Assembly: GCA_963700145.1 (NCBI GenBank)
Contig: OY969474.1
Span: forward strand, 1,376,001 to 1,440,000
Source: an uncultured Acidobacteriota bacterium
Lineage (GTDB): Bacteria > Acidobacteriota > Thermoanaerobaculia > Multivoradales > UBA5704
Length of the DNA stretch: 64,000 nucleotides
Direction: 5' to 3'
The position numbers and the translations under genes are program-made. Of the stretch, positions 52,670-63,227 are shown piece after piece (within the stretch, counting starts at the first letter, position 1; every line of letters starts with the position of its first letter). The notes beneath the pieces were generated by a model. That model worked only from the letters and a program-made list of their open reading frames with translations, made no database searches and had not been told where the DNA came from.

Positions 52670-52706
52670 TGGAGGTGGGGGTCTTGGCGCTCGACCCCCA
52701 CCTCCA
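52670..52706. terminator. Strong hairpin just after the stop codon (probable terminator)
   Basis: Perfect 14-bp stem TGGAGGTGGGGGTC / GACCCCCACCTCCA. Confidence 0.6.
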
Positions 52707-52727
52707 TTGGATGCTAGATTTTCTGTC

Positions 52728-53048
52728 ATGTCGCCAGCTCCTCTGCCGCGGACGGAGTACATCCACATCGAGCTGGAGCCCGACGGCGTGCCCAGGATCG
52801 CCGGCACCACGATGAAGGTCGTCGAGATCGTGCTCGCCCAGCAGGCTCATGGCTGGAGCCCGGAAGAGATCCACTTCCAGCATCCCTACCTGTCGCTCGC
52901 CCAGATCCACTCGGCGCTGGCGTACTACTGGGACCACAAAGCCGAGCTGGACGCCGACCTCGCGAGGCGCGCTGAGCTGGTCGAGACGATTCGGCGAGAG
53001 GCCGGCCCCTCGACGGTGCGAGAGAAGCTCGCCTCGCGCTCGGCGTGA
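52728..53048 (+). CDS. DUF433 family antitoxin
   Basis: GVPRIAGTTMKV and SPEEI..HPYLSLAQIHSALAYY. Confidence 0.88.
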   Translation: MSPAPLPRTEYIHIELEPDGVPRIAGTTMKVVEIVLAQQAHGWSPEEIHFQHPYLSLAQIHSALAYYWDHKAELDADLARRAELVETIRREAGPSTVREKLASRSA

Positions 53049-53143
53049 GTCTCGGTCTCTACTTCGACGAGCACGTTCACCGCGCGATCGCCACGGGCCT
53101 GCGCCTGCGCGGTGTCGACGTCCTGACAGTCCAAGAGGACTGA
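53045..53143 (+). pseudogene. Truncated DUF5615 PIN-like toxin
   Basis: Manual translation MSLGLYFDEHVHRAIATGLRLRGVDVLTVQED* matches the N-terminus of the usual DUF433 partner; only 32 aa. Confidence 0.78.
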
Positions 53144-53189
53144 CTTGGCGGGGAGAGTGGACTTTCTCCCTCTGTAGAGCGTCGGTGTG

Positions 53190-53352
53190 AGGGCGTGGGG
53201 ATGCTTGCGCCCGGGAACCGGCGCGAGCGTCTTGCGACTTCGGGATCTGAGGCTCGCGCCTGCGCTGCGCTGCGCGCCGGGTCGGCGTCGGACTGCATAG
53301 GAGTTGCCGGCGCTTGCGCAGAGCTTCCCGGGCGCAAGCATCCCCACGCCCT
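53190..53352. mobile_element. 163-bp MITE/REPIN-like element with perfect 28-bp inverted repeats
   Basis: AGGGCGTGGGGATGCTTGCGCCCGGGAA (53190-53217) and its exact reverse complement (53325-53352). Confidence 0.65.
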
Positions 53353-53407
53353 GCCACCGGTGGTGCGTCGGGCGGCCTCTGACTTGCATCGAGGGCGCGG
53401 TATGAGA

Positions 53408-54079
53408 ATGCGGGCTCTTCCTTACCTGATCTTCTTTCTCTCGCAGGCGGCGGTGGCCGCGGACTTCGCCGTGGGTGGGAACGTGGGCACGCTGGGGCTT
53501 GGTGCGGAGCTGACGGCGGGGCTGGGGCCGCAGGTGAACTTGCGGGTGGGAGCGCACGGGGGGAGTTATGACGACCAGCGGGTGGCGGACGACATCGAGT
53601 ACGACGCGACGGCCGAGGTGCGGGCGGGGACGGCGCTGCTGGACTGGCATCCCGGCGGGGGCAGCTTCCGGCTGAGCGGCGGGGCGGTGTTCAACGGCAA
53701 CGAGGTCGAGGGGGAGAGCCTGCCGCCGGCTTCCGGGTTCTACGAGATCGGCGACGTGCAGGTGCCGGTGGCGCTGCTCGGGACGCTGCGGGGGCAGGTG
53801 GAGTGGGACTCGGTGGCGCCCTACGCCGGGCTCGGGTTCGGCAACCCGTTCGGCGGCGACGGCGGGTGGAGCTTCGCGCTCGATCTCGGCGTGATTTTCC
53901 AGGGCGAGCCGCAGGTGACGCTCACGCCGGTCTTCTCGCCCGGCAGCCCGCTCGACAACCCGGTCGGCCGCGCGCTCCTCCGCACGCAGCTCGACGAGGA
54001 GGAGCGGAACCTCGAGGAGGAGTTCTCGGACTTCGACCTCTACCCCGTCGTCTCATTCGGCGTATCGTACCGGTTCTGA
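53408..54079 (+). CDS. Outer membrane beta-barrel protein
   Basis: Signal peptide, GTLGLGAE, APYAGLGF and C-terminal beta-signal GVSYRF. Confidence 0.8.
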   Translation: MRALPYLIFFLSQAAVAADFAVGGNVGTLGLGAELTAGLGPQVNLRVGAHGGSYDDQRVADDIEYDATAEVRAGTALLDWHPGGGSFRLSGGAVFNGNEVEGESLPPASGFYEIGDVQVPVALLGTLRGQVEWDSVAPYAGLGFGNPFGGDGGWSFALDLGVIFQGEPQVTLTPVFSPGSPLDNPVGRALLRTQLDEEERNLEEEFSDFDLYPVVSFGVSYRF

Positions 54080-55434
54080 TGCGCGCTCTTCGCGCCCTCT
54101 GTACGCTGCCGCTGGCCGCGCTCCTCGCCTGCGCCGCGCCGTCGCCCGCGCCGCCTTCGGCGCCCGCCGCCGCTCCGGAGCCCCGCACCATGGACGCCAT
54201 CGCCGAGGAGTACGTGAAGCTGGTCCTCGCCGCCGGGCGGCACGACGACGCGCTGGTGGACGCCTACTACGGCCCGCCGGAGTGGAAGGCCGAGGCGGAC
54301 GCGACGAAGGTGCCGCTTCCCGACCTCAAGGCCCGCGTCGTGGCGCTCGTCGCCGAGGCCGCGGCGCTGCAGCCGCACCCGGCGGCGGCGATCGAGCACC
54401 TCCACATCCTGCGCGCCGCCTATCTGCTGCGGCAGCTCCAGGCGCTCGGCGCGCGGCTCGACATGCTGGCGGGCAAGCGCCTCACGTTCGACCAGGAGTC
54501 GCAGGCGCTCTACGACGCGGTGGCGCCGCACCTCCCCGCCGAGCACTTCGCGGCCGTCCTCGCCGAGCTGGAGCCCCTGGTGCCGGGACCGCCAGGCTCC
54601 GATCGACTCCCGCTGCCGGCGCGCGTCGAGGCCTTCCGCCAGCGCTTCGTCATCCCGCGCGAGCGCCTCGACGCCGTCTACCGCGCCGCCATCGACGAGT
54701 GCCGCCGCCGCACCCTCGCCCACGTCGAGTTGCCGGCCGGCGAGAGCTTCGTCGTCGAGTACGTCACCGGCCGCCCGTGGAGCGCCTACAACTGGTACAA
54801 GGGCAACTTCCACAGCCTGATCCAGGTCAACACCGAGCTGCCGATCTTCATCGACCGCGCGATCGACCTCGCCTGCCACGAGGGCTACCCCGGCCACCAC
54901 GTCTACAACGCGCTGCTCGAAAAGCACCTGGTGCGCGACCGCGGCTGGGTGGAATACGCGGTCTACAACCTCTTCTCGCCGCAGTCGCTCATCGCCGAGG
55001 GCACCGCCAACTTCGGCGTCGATGTGGCCTTCCCCGGCGAGGAGCGCGTCGCCTTCGAGCGCGAGCGCCTCTTCCCGCTGGCCGGGCTCGATCCGGCGAG
55101 CGCCGCCGAGTACTACCAGGTGCAGCGTCTCGTCCAGCGCCTCTCCTACGCCGGCAACGAGGCGGCGCGCCGCTACCTCGACGGCGAGATCACGGCCGAG
55201 GCGGCCGCCGACTGGCTGGTGCGCTACGGCCTGACGTCGCCGGAGCGCGCCAAGCAGCGCGTCTCGTTCGTCGACACCTACCGGAGCTACGTCATCAACT
55301 ACAACCTCGGGCAGGACCTGGTGCGGGCGCACGTCGAGGCGCGGGGCGGCACCGCCGACCGTCCCGACGTGCGCTGGCGGGTCTTCACCGAGCTCCTCTC
55401 GTCGCCGCGCCTGCCGTCCGACCTCGAGCACTAG
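54079..55434 (+). CDS. Lipoprotein, DUF885-like putative zinc metallopeptidase
   Basis: Lipobox LLAC; HEGYPGHH, AEGTAN and YVINYNLG. Confidence 0.78.
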   Translation: MRALRALCTLPLAALLACAAPSPAPPSAPAAAPEPRTMDAIAEEYVKLVLAAGRHDDALVDAYYGPPEWKAEADATKVPLPDLKARVVALVAEAAALQPHPAAAIEHLHILRAAYLLRQLQALGARLDMLAGKRLTFDQESQALYDAVAPHLPAEHFAAVLAELEPLVPGPPGSDRLPLPARVEAFRQRFVIPRERLDAVYRAAIDECRRRTLAHVELPAGESFVVEYVTGRPWSAYNWYKGNFHSLIQVNTELPIFIDRAIDLACHEGYPGHHVYNALLEKHLVRDRGWVEYAVYNLFSPQSLIAEGTANFGVDVAFPGEERVAFERERLFPLAGLDPASAAEYYQVQRLVQRLSYAGNEAARRYLDGEITAEAAADWLVRYGLTSPERAKQRVSFVDTYRSYVINYNLGQDLVRAHVEARGGTADRPDVRWRVFTELLSSPRLPSDLEH

Positions 55435-55548
55435 GGGCCATTTCCCCGCAAGGCGGGAGAAGGCTCTCCACCCTCGACTGGAGTAAATTAGTTGTTGCGA
55501 TTGATATCCGACTCTATGCGCTTGACGCTCCAGTCGAGGAGGTGAGAG

Positions 55549-56289
55549 GTGGACGAGACTTTCCGCAGCGAACGCTTCCAGCAGGTGGTGACCGGCGCTC
55601 TCGGGCACTTCCCCGTCGGGGCCGAGATCGAGTTCGAGGGATCGACGATCACCATCCCCATCGTCGCCTCGCTCCCCAACGGCTGGATCAGCACCGAGGA
55701 GGTGGACTTCAAAGCCTTCATGCGCCTGGAGCTGGAGCGCCGCACCCGTAACCTGCTCGGCCGCACGCAGTTCGAGTTCACCATCGCGGTCTGGGAGCTG
55801 TACGGCCGAAGCGAGCTTCTGTCGGAAAAGTTCGGCGGCGACGTGTCGATCACCTTCAGCCTCACGCCGCCCCCCCAGCGCCAGCCCAAGAGCATCTGCT
55901 TCGCGAACCAAGACGGTCCCGACTTCCCCGCCACCATCATCTACAGCGCCTGCTACGACGTGTTCATGAACCGCGAGAAGATCATCGACGCACAGATGGG
56001 GGTGGCGCTCTGCACGCCGATCGTTGGCATCCCACCGCGCAACGTGCTGGTGGCGTTCGAGAAGCCTTTCGAGGACCGCAAGCGCGGCATCGCCTTCGCG
56101 CGCGGCTGCTGCTGGGGGATGCGGACGCTGCGCCCCGAGGAATTCCTGGAGGGAGCCAACCGGGCGCGGGAGGTTCGCGGCTGGGGACCGCAGGATGACG
56201 CCTTCGGCAGCTTCTTCGGGCCCGCCGCCGAGGCACCGCGCCCCCAGGGCCCGCCGACCAAACGGCGACGGGCGCGCGCGGCCAGGTAG
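55549..56289 (+). CDS. Hypothetical beta-rich protein
   Basis: GGAGG SD upstream of a GTG start; coding-like composition; no confidently recognised family. Confidence 0.7.
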   Translation: MDETFRSERFQQVVTGALGHFPVGAEIEFEGSTITIPIVASLPNGWISTEEVDFKAFMRLELERRTRNLLGRTQFEFTIAVWELYGRSELLSEKFGGDVSITFSLTPPPQRQPKSICFANQDGPDFPATIIYSACYDVFMNREKIIDAQMGVALCTPIVGIPPRNVLVAFEKPFEDRKRGIAFARGCCWGMRTLRPEEFLEGANRAREVRGWGPQDDAFGSFFGPAAEAPRPQGPPTKRRRARAAR

Positions 56290-56333
56290 TCGAGCACGGC
56301 GCCGCTCCCTGGTATCGGGAGCGGTCCTCCCCG

Positions 56334-57770
56334 CTACGGCGGCAGCCCCCCTTCGCCGCGGACGGTGCGGCCGGGGCCGCGGACTTGGCCGCCGGGCTCG
56401 GGGAGGACGTCGGGCCACCAGCCGTCCGGCCTGATCGGCAGCGGGCAGCTCCGGTGGACACCGAGGGCGTGGAGCATCGGGTGGTCGTGGCGGAGGGCGA
56501 GGCGGACGGTGGCGTCGCCGCCGCAGCGGTAGTGGGGGCTGCCGAGCGCGAGGACCGCTGAGCAGAGGACCGCGGCCGCAGCCCACACCCAGGTCCCGCG
56601 CACCGCGACCCTCCCCCACCGCCGGGTGCGCGCCAGCGCCTCGCCCCAGAGGAGCGGCGGCAGGACCGCCGCATGCAGCACCAGAAAGCCCTGCCACATC
56701 ATGATCGTCGTCGGCGACAGCGCGAAGGTGACGGCGGCGGCGGCGAAGCAGGCGGCGGCGTAGCCGCGCACCCAGCCGCGCGCCGAGGCCGCCGGCCGGC
56801 GGCGCAGCCACCGCCGCGGCCGCCGCCAGAGCCGCGCGTTGGCCAGGAGCGGCACGAGGAGCGTCACGCCGAGCGCCGCGAGGAACCCCTCCGCGAGCGG
56901 CTCCAGCACCCGGTCCGCGCCCGCCCCCAGGCTCTCCGCGAAGTCGAGGTCCATCACCCGCTTGCCGACCGCGAGTGAGGCGTAGCGGAACCAGTAGAGG
57001 AGGCCCTTGAGGAGCGGCAGGACGAGCACCAGGCCGCGGCCGAGGAACCCCTTCTGCACCGGCAGGCTGCCGGCGTCGGCCTGCGCGGCGAGCGCCCAGG
57101 GGATCAACGCGGCGGCGCTCACCGCGGCGGCCGCCGCCGCGCCGGCCCAGTGCAACCGCATCGTCCTGCGCACGAGGAGGATCACCGAGGCGATCCCCAG
57201 CAGCACGACCGAGGCGTGGACCTGGAACGCCAAGCCGAGCGCCAGGACGTGCAGGAACGAGGGCCAGAAGCGCGCCCGCTCGCGCTGCTCCCAGGCGCTC
57301 CAGAGATGGACCGCGGCCGGTAGGAAGAGCCAGTTCGGGTTCCAGAGGAAGGCCGAGAAGTAGAGCCGCCAGGGGTTGAGCCAGTAGAGGACGGCGAAGA
57401 GCAGCCGTCCCCACGGCGTGAGGGCGCGGCGCAGCGTGCGGTCAAGGAGGAGGTAGGCGGCGAGGTGGGTGAGGAGGACGAGCGCGGAGGCGGCGCGGTG
57501 GTCGCGCCAGAGCGCGAGCGGCAGGGCGACGAGAAGCGCGCTCAAGCCACCGGGCTGCGCGCCGCCCATCGAGGTCGGGTTGCCGTACGGCACCCACACC
57601 CCGTCCTCGATCAGCAGCCAGCCGCGCGCCAGGAGGTTGAGCTGGTCGCCGCCGACCTGGCTCCGCGCCACCATCCAAGCGGACAGCGCGAGGCCGACGG
57701 CGAAGACCGCCCAGCGCAGGCGCCGGACCGCCGCGGCGCCCGGCGCGGCGCGCCGATCGAGGAGGGGCAT
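56334..57770 (-). CDS. Polytopic membrane protein, GT-C-like
   Basis: TM1 followed by GGDQ, PYGNPTS and FLWNPN; multiple TM helices. Confidence 0.65.
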   Translation of the reverse strand: MPLLDRRAAPGAAAVRRLRWAVFAVGLALSAWMVARSQVGGDQLNLLARGWLLIEDGVWVPYGNPTSMGGAQPGGLSALLVALPLALWRDHRAASALVLLTHLAAYLLLDRTLRRALTPWGRLLFAVLYWLNPWRLYFSAFLWNPNWLFLPAAVHLWSAWEQRERARFWPSFLHVLALGLAFQVHASVVLLGIASVILLVRRTMRLHWAGAAAAAAVSAAALIPWALAAQADAGSLPVQKGFLGRGLVLVLPLLKGLLYWFRYASLAVGKRVMDLDFAESLGAGADRVLEPLAEGFLAALGVTLLVPLLANARLWRRPRRWLRRRPAASARGWVRGYAAACFAAAAVTFALSPTTIMMWQGFLVLHAAVLPPLLWGEALARTRRWGRVAVRGTWVWAAAAVLCSAVLALGSPHYRCGGDATVRLALRHDHPMLHALGVHRSCPLPIRPDGWWPDVLPEPGGQVRGPGRTVRGEGGLPP

Positions 57771-57828
57771 GGCGCCAGAGCTTACGTCGCTCCGGCGCCA
57801 CGGCCGCATGCCGCGTGATGGATCGGGA

Positions 57829-58455
57829 CTAGTAGAGGTCGTTGATCGCCGCCCGGTCGTCCGCCTCGAGGGTGGCCGGGTTGTTGTTGCAGCTCGAGAC
57901 CGAGGGGAACATCGTGGCGCCGCTGACGTTGGTGTGGCCGATGCCGAGGACGTGCCCGACCTCGTGCACCATGACGCCCTCGATGTAGTACTCGCTGGAG
58001 CAGCCGTCCGGCTCGCCGACCGAGGTCCACTTGATCTTGGTGGACCGGTTGGTCACGACGTCGGCGTCGAAGATGCGGTAGGTGCCGTCGCCGCGCGGCT
58101 CGTAGAAGCCGGTGAAGGTGGCGGCCAGGCAGTTGCCGTTGCAGGCGTGCTCGGGGTCGCGGAAGTTGAGCATCGGGGTGCCGTCGCCGAGCTGCCAGCC
58201 CGCGACCGACCCCTTGACCGAGGTGACCACCGTGCCGGCGCCGGCGCCGTTCCAGGTGGTGATGGCGTTGGCAACGCGGGTGGCGCCGCCGTCGCCGTCG
58301 GTGACCGAGGACTGGCCGCGGTTGTCGACGATGACGCGCGGCGGGTCGTCCCAGGTGCGCCGCGGGCTGAGCAGGACGTAGGCGGAGAGCGCCGTCACGG
58401 CCAGGACGCCCACCAGGCAGCAGAGGAGGATGCGAGAAAGGTTCGCGGTCTTCAT
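57829..58455 (-). CDS. Secreted matrixin (M10-like) metalloprotease
   Basis: HEVGHVLGIGH, Met-turn ATMFP and DDRAAINDLY. Confidence 0.9.
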   Translation of the reverse strand: MKTANLSRILLCCLVGVLAVTALSAYVLLSPRRTWDDPPRVIVDNRGQSSVTDGDGGATRVANAITTWNGAGAGTVVTSVKGSVAGWQLGDGTPMLNFRDPEHACNGNCLAATFTGFYEPRGDGTYRIFDADVVTNRSTKIKWTSVGEPDGCSSEYYIEGVMVHEVGHVLGIGHTNVSGATMFPSVSSCNNNPATLEADDRAAINDLY

Positions 58456-58994
58456 GGCTTGCGAGCCTCATGAGCGCGGACTTCGTCCTTGAGGGTTTCG
58501 AGGCGCAGCGCCCGGGGGCGCGGCGCGGGCCTGCCGTCGGCGGTCAGGAGCTGAACGCCGCGCTCGAGCGTCGGCACGGCGACCTCGTTGCCGCGGCCGT
58601 CCGCTGCGATCCGGTAGTGCCCCAGCCGGTAGCCGGTGACCTGCGCCGGGTCGCCGGCCTGCAGGAAGAGGACGACCCGCTGCCCCACCTCGAACTGCGG
58701 GAAGCCGTGGGCCTCGACGGTGAAGCCCTGGACCTTGCCGCCGAAGGTGCGGACGACCGCCACCGAAGGCGCGTCGCCGGCGATGACCTCCTCGACCTGG
58801 ACCATCGCCTCGGTGACGATCAGCCGTCCCGAAGGGGTCCAGAACGAGTCGATCTTGATGACCCGCCCCTGCACGACCGCCGCGGAGGCCGCGACGAGCT
58901 CCCCGTGGTCCATGGCCAGGAAGGTCGAGGCCCCGGCCGGCGCCGCCGCGGCGATCGCCAGCAGCAGCAAGGCCGCCCATGTGCTTCGCTTCAT
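58452..58994 (-). CDS. Secreted OB-fold-like protein translationally coupled to the matrixin
   Basis: Signal peptide, ELVAASAAVVQGRV, GGKV and PQFEVGQRVVLFL. Confidence 0.75.
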   Translation of the reverse strand: MKRSTWAALLLLAIAAAAPAGASTFLAMDHGELVAASAAVVQGRVIKIDSFWTPSGRLIVTEAMVQVEEVIAGDAPSVAVVRTFGGKVQGFTVEAHGFPQFEVGQRVVLFLQAGDPAQVTGYRLGHYRIAADGRGNEVAVPTLERGVQLLTADGRPAPRPRALRLETLKDEVRAHEARKP

Positions 58995-59138
58995 TCCATC
59001 CTCCTTCTCCCGCGAGGGGAGGTCGGTCGCCCGCGACGCGCGGGCTCCACAAACTAAAGAGGTGCTCCTGGCGGGGACAAAGGGGGCACCCCGGCGGCGA
59101 TTGGCTCCGCTAGACTTCGCCTCTCCGGAGGGCTTCCC

Positions 59139-61105
59139 ATGCTCAGGTCTTCGGCCCCTTGCCTCGCGGCCGCGACGCTCCTCGCCGTCGTCTCGACGCT
59201 CGCCGCCTGCGCCGGCGGCGGCGCGAGCCCCGCGCCGGCGCCTCCCCGCGCGGAGCCGCTGACCACCGCCGATGCCGTCGCCGCCGGCGGCGAGTGGGGG
59301 CCTACGGCAACGACCCGGGCGGCTCGCGCTACTCGCCGCTGGCGCAGATCGACCGCGGCAACGTCGGCCGGCTGCGCCCGGCCTGGACCTTCCACACCGG
59401 GGCACTCAAGCCGGCCACCGAGCTCAACGAGAAGGCCACCTTCGAGTCGACGCCGGTCGTCGCCGGCGGCACGCTCTACGTCACCTCCCCGTTCAACCAG
59501 GTCTTCGCGCTCGACCCGACGACCGGCGCCGAGCGCTGGCGCTTCGACCCCGGCATCGACCGCGGCGGCTCCTACTCCGAGGTCACCTCGCGCGGCGTCG
59601 CCCTCTGGCGGAGCGCGGAGCCGGCGGGCGCCTGCGCGGCCCGCGTCCTCTTCGGCACCCTCGACGCCCGCCTCATCGCGCTCGACGCGGCGGACGGCCG
59701 CCCTTGCGCGGACTTCGGCCGCGGCGGGGAGGTCGATCTGACGGCGGGGGTCGAGGTCGTCGACCGCGGCGACTACCAGGTGACCTCGGCGCCGACGGTG
59801 ATCGGCGATCTCGTCGTCGTCGGCTCGTCGATCGGCGACAACGGCCGCTACGACAAGGAGCGCGGCGTGGTGCGCGCCTACGACGTCTGCACCGGCGCGC
59901 TGCGCTGGAGCTGGGACCCGCTGCTCCCCGGCGCCGGCAAGACGGGGGCGGCGAACGCCTGGTCGACGATCTCGGCCGACCCCGAGCGCGGCCTGGTTTT
60001 CGTGCCGACCGGCAGCGCCAGCCCCGACTACTACGGCGGCCTCCGCCCAGGCGAAAACCGCCACGCCAACTCGGTCGTCGCCCTGCGCGCCGCGACCGGC
60101 GAGGTGGTGTGGAGCTTCCAGGTCGTCCACCACGACCTCTGGGACTACGACGTCGCGGCGCAGCCGCTGCTCGTCACCGTGCCGCACGGCGGCGCCGAGG
60201 TGCCGGCGGTGGCGGTGAACACCAAGATGGGCAACCTCTTCCTGCTCCACCGCGAGACCGGCGCGCCGCTCTACGGCGTCGAGGAGCGGGCGGTACCGGC
60301 GAGCGACGTCGCCGGCGAGCAGGCCGCCGCGACGCAGCCGTTCCCGGCCAACCCGCCCCTCGTGCCGCAGCGCTTCGCCGCCGGCGAGCTCTTCGCGCTG
60401 ACGCCCGGCGACCGCGAGAGCTGCGAGGCGCTGCTGCGCGGGGCGCGCAACGAGGGGATGTTCACGCCGCCGAGCCTCGGCGGCACGCTGGTCTACCCCG
60501 GCAACGCCGGCGGCGTCGCCTGGGGGGGCGCGGCCTGGGACCCCGAGCGCGACCTGATGCTGGTCAACACCATCCGCCTCGCCTTCCTGGTGCGGCTCAT
60601 TCCGCGCGAGGAGATGGCGGCGCGGCGCGGCGAGGCCGCCAACAACCGCCTGCGCGGGGAGTTCGGCAGCCAGCGAGGCACCCCGTACGGTATGTACCGC
60701 GAGCCCTTCCTCGCCCCGAGCGGCCTCCCCTGCACGCCGCCGCCGTGGGGAACGCTCGTGGCGGTCGACCTCGCGACCGGCGAGAAGCGGTGGGAGGTGC
60801 CGAACGGCGCCATCGAGCTGCCGGGCGGCAAGCGCCTAGACGGCCTGCCCGGCTTCGGCGGGCCGCTGGTCACCGGCGGCGGGCTCGTCTTCCTCTCCGC
60901 CGCCTTCCGCGACGACCGCCTGCGCGCCTACGACGTGGAGACCGGCAAGGTGCTCTGGGAGGCGCCGCTCCCGGCCGGCGGCCAGGCGACGCCGATGACC
61001 TACCTCGGCCGCGACGGCAAGCAGTACGTGGTGATCGCCGCCGGCGGGCACGGCAAGGCCGGCACCCGCCAGGGGGACTCCCTGGTCGCCTTCGCCCTGC
61101 CGTAG
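59139..61105 (+). CDS. PQQ-dependent (glucose/quinate-type) dehydrogenase lipoprotein with a 1-nt frameshift in a G run at 59296-59300
   Basis: Lipobox LAAC and EWG in one frame; AYGND..RYSPLAQI, HHDLWDYD, PCTPPPWG and ATPMTY..GKQYVVI in the next; span is 3n+2. Confidence 0.9.
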
Positions 61106-61109
61106 AAAC

Positions 61110-63227
61110 TCAGGCCGCGCGACGTAGGCGCCGGCCCCGCCGCCCTTCGCGGACGCCGCGGCGGACCGCCTGCAAGGCTTCCCGCAGCTCCTCCCGCTGT
61201 GGCGCGGACAGCTCCATGCCGCCGAAGCTCTCGCGCAGGTAGAGGTCGACGATGCGCGCGGCAGGCGCGGCGACCTCGGGGTGGCGGCGGGCGGCTTCGC
61301 CGCGCAGGGCGAGGGGGGCGAGCGACGGCGGCAGGCGCGCCCCCTCGCGCTCCAGCCGGCGGCGGAGGGCGCGGTAGGCGGCGGTGGCGGTGAGCGGCGG
61401 GCGGCGGCGGAGCCAGACGAGCGCGAGCGCCGCCGCCAGCACGGCCGCGGCGATCAGCCAGGGCCAGAGCTCGCCGGCGCCGGGGGCCTCGACCCCGGGC
61501 GCCTCCGGAGCCGGCGCCTCGGCGGGCGCTGGCGGAGCTTCCGGCGCGGCCGGCGCCCCGGCGTCCGGCCGGTCGAAGAGCCCTTTGATCTCCAGCCAGA
61601 GCGAGCGCAGGGTGCGGAAGATGGTGAGCTGGTCGTAGAGCCCGAAGGTCAGGACGTAGCGATCCCAGCGGAAGAGCAGGAAGTCGTAGGCCTGCCGCAC
61701 GACGGCGAAGGCCCCCTCGGCGCTCGCCACCGGCCGCCCGGCCGGCGGCGTCGGGTCGAAGGCGCGCCAGCCCGCCCCCGGCAGATACGCCTCCACCCAG
61801 GCGTGCGCGTTGGCGTCGCGCACGATGTAGTAGCCCTCGAAGACGTTGTACTCGCCGCCGAGGAAGCCGGTCACCAGGCGCGCCGGCACCCCTTCCGCCC
61901 GCAGCATCAGCACCATCGCCGAGGCGAAGTACTCGCACTGGCCGCTGCGGTAGGTGAAGAGGAAGTCCTCGATCGGGTTGTCGGTCCCGCGGCCGGTGAA
62001 GTCGGCGGTGTAGGCGTACTGCCCGCTGAGGTGCGCCTCGAGGCGGCGGATGCGCTCCGCGGGCGGCCCCTCCCCCATCACCCGCGACGCCAGCTCGGCG
62101 ATGCGCGGCGTCACCCCGCCGCGGTCGAGCGTCGCGTCCTCCGCCGCCGGCGCCGGGCCGCGCGCCGCGTCCACCGGCCGCGCCGCCATCCCCACCTTGT
62201 AGTAGAGGGTCTCGACCGGCACGTACGGCAGCGAGACCGCGCCGCCGCGGTCGACGTCGAGCGCCGACGACACCGTCGGCTCGACGACCAGCGTCTCGAC
62301 CGGCAGCGGCAGGCTGGAGCTGCGCATCGGCTGGCGCCAGATCTCGACCTCGGCGATCGGCTCCCCCGGCACCAGCCAGAAGCGCACGCCGCGCCGCCGC
62401 TGCAGCTCCCCGGCCTTCGGCGAGCGGCCCCAACGGCCGCCGTCGTAGATCTCGTGGGTCGCCGCCTTGAAGCGCATTTCCTCGACCGGCTGCACGCCGC
62501 GCTCGAACTGCAGCCGCAGCGCCACCTCGCGGCTCTCGCGGATCTGGCCGATCGAGTCGAGCGTCACCTCCTCGGTGAAGCCGGCGGCCTCGATCGTGCT
62601 CCCCATGGGCGGCGCGCCGCGGCCGACGATGTAGGGGGCGCGCAGGCGCGGCAGGGTGGCGAAGAGCGGGATGGCGAGGACGGCGCTCGCCACGGTGGCG
62701 AGCGCCAGGAAGCCGCGCAGCGGCAGGCGCGGCCCGGCCGGCTCGTGCCGCCCGAAGCCGGCCAGCACGTGGAGGTAGGCGAAGCGGGCGAGGAGGAAGA
62801 GCGCCAGGCCGGCGAAGGCGAGCAGGTAGAGGACGATCGATGGATGGACGCTGGTGCCCATCGCGGCGAGGAAGAGGAAGAAGACGCCGAGCGCCGCCTG
62901 CCACTTGTCGCGCTCGCGGCGCAGGGCGAAGAGCTTGACCGCGAGGGCGAAGAGCGCGAGGTCGAGCACCGGCCCGACCAGGCGGCCGCGGCCGAGGGCG
63001 AAGACGTCGAAGACGAAGAAGGGCAGGTAGGCCAGCCCGAGGACGTTCATCCCCCAGGTGGGCAGCCAGCGCGGCTCCTCGTTCCAGGCGCGGTGGAGGC
63101 ACCAGCCGACCGCCGCGAGGTAGGCGAGGAGGAACGGCCAGCGCACCATCTCGTTGAACGGCAGCGGCAGCGGCGCGAGGAACGCCAGCGCCCCGAGCAG
63201 CAGCCGCTTCTCGCGCGCGAAGCTCAC
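61110..63227 (-). CDS. Membrane transglutaminase-like protein (TgpA/DUF3488)
   Basis: N-terminal TM bundle; Cys-His-Asp triad motifs [15 protein letters not shown] and FDPTP. Confidence 0.9.
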   Translation of the reverse strand: MSFAREKRLLLGALAFLAPLPLPFNEMVRWPFLLAYLAAVGWCLHRAWNEEPRWLPTWGMNVLGLAYLPFFVFDVFALGRGRLVGPVLDLALFALAVKLFALRRERDKWQAALGVFFLFLAAMGTSVHPSIVLYLLAFAGLALFLLARFAYLHVLAGFGRHEPAGPRLPLRGFLALATVASAVLAIPLFATLPRLRAPYIVGRGAPPMGSTIEAAGFTEEVTLDSIGQIRESREVALRLQFERGVQPVEEMRFKAATHEIYDGGRWGRSPKAGELQRRRGVRFWLVPGEPIAEVEIWRQPMRSSSLPLPVETLVVEPTVSSALDVDRGGAVSLPYVPVETLYYKVGMAARPVDAARGPAPAAEDATLDRGGVTPRIAELASRVMGEGPPAERIRRLEAHLSGQYAYTADFTGRGTDNPIEDFLFTYRSGQCEYFASAMVLMLRAEGVPARLVTGFLGGEYNVFEGYYIVRDANAHAWVEAYLPGAGWRAFDPTPPAGRPVASAEGAFAVVRQAYDFLLFRWDRYVLTFGLYDQLTIFRTLRSLWLEIKGLFDRPDAGAPAAPEAPPAPAEAPAPEAPGVEAPGAGELWPWLIAAAVLAAALALVWLRRRPPLTATAAYRALRRRLEREGARLPPSLAPLALRGEAARRHPEVAAPAARIVDLYLRESFGGMELSAPQREELREALQAVRRGVREGRRGRRLRRAA

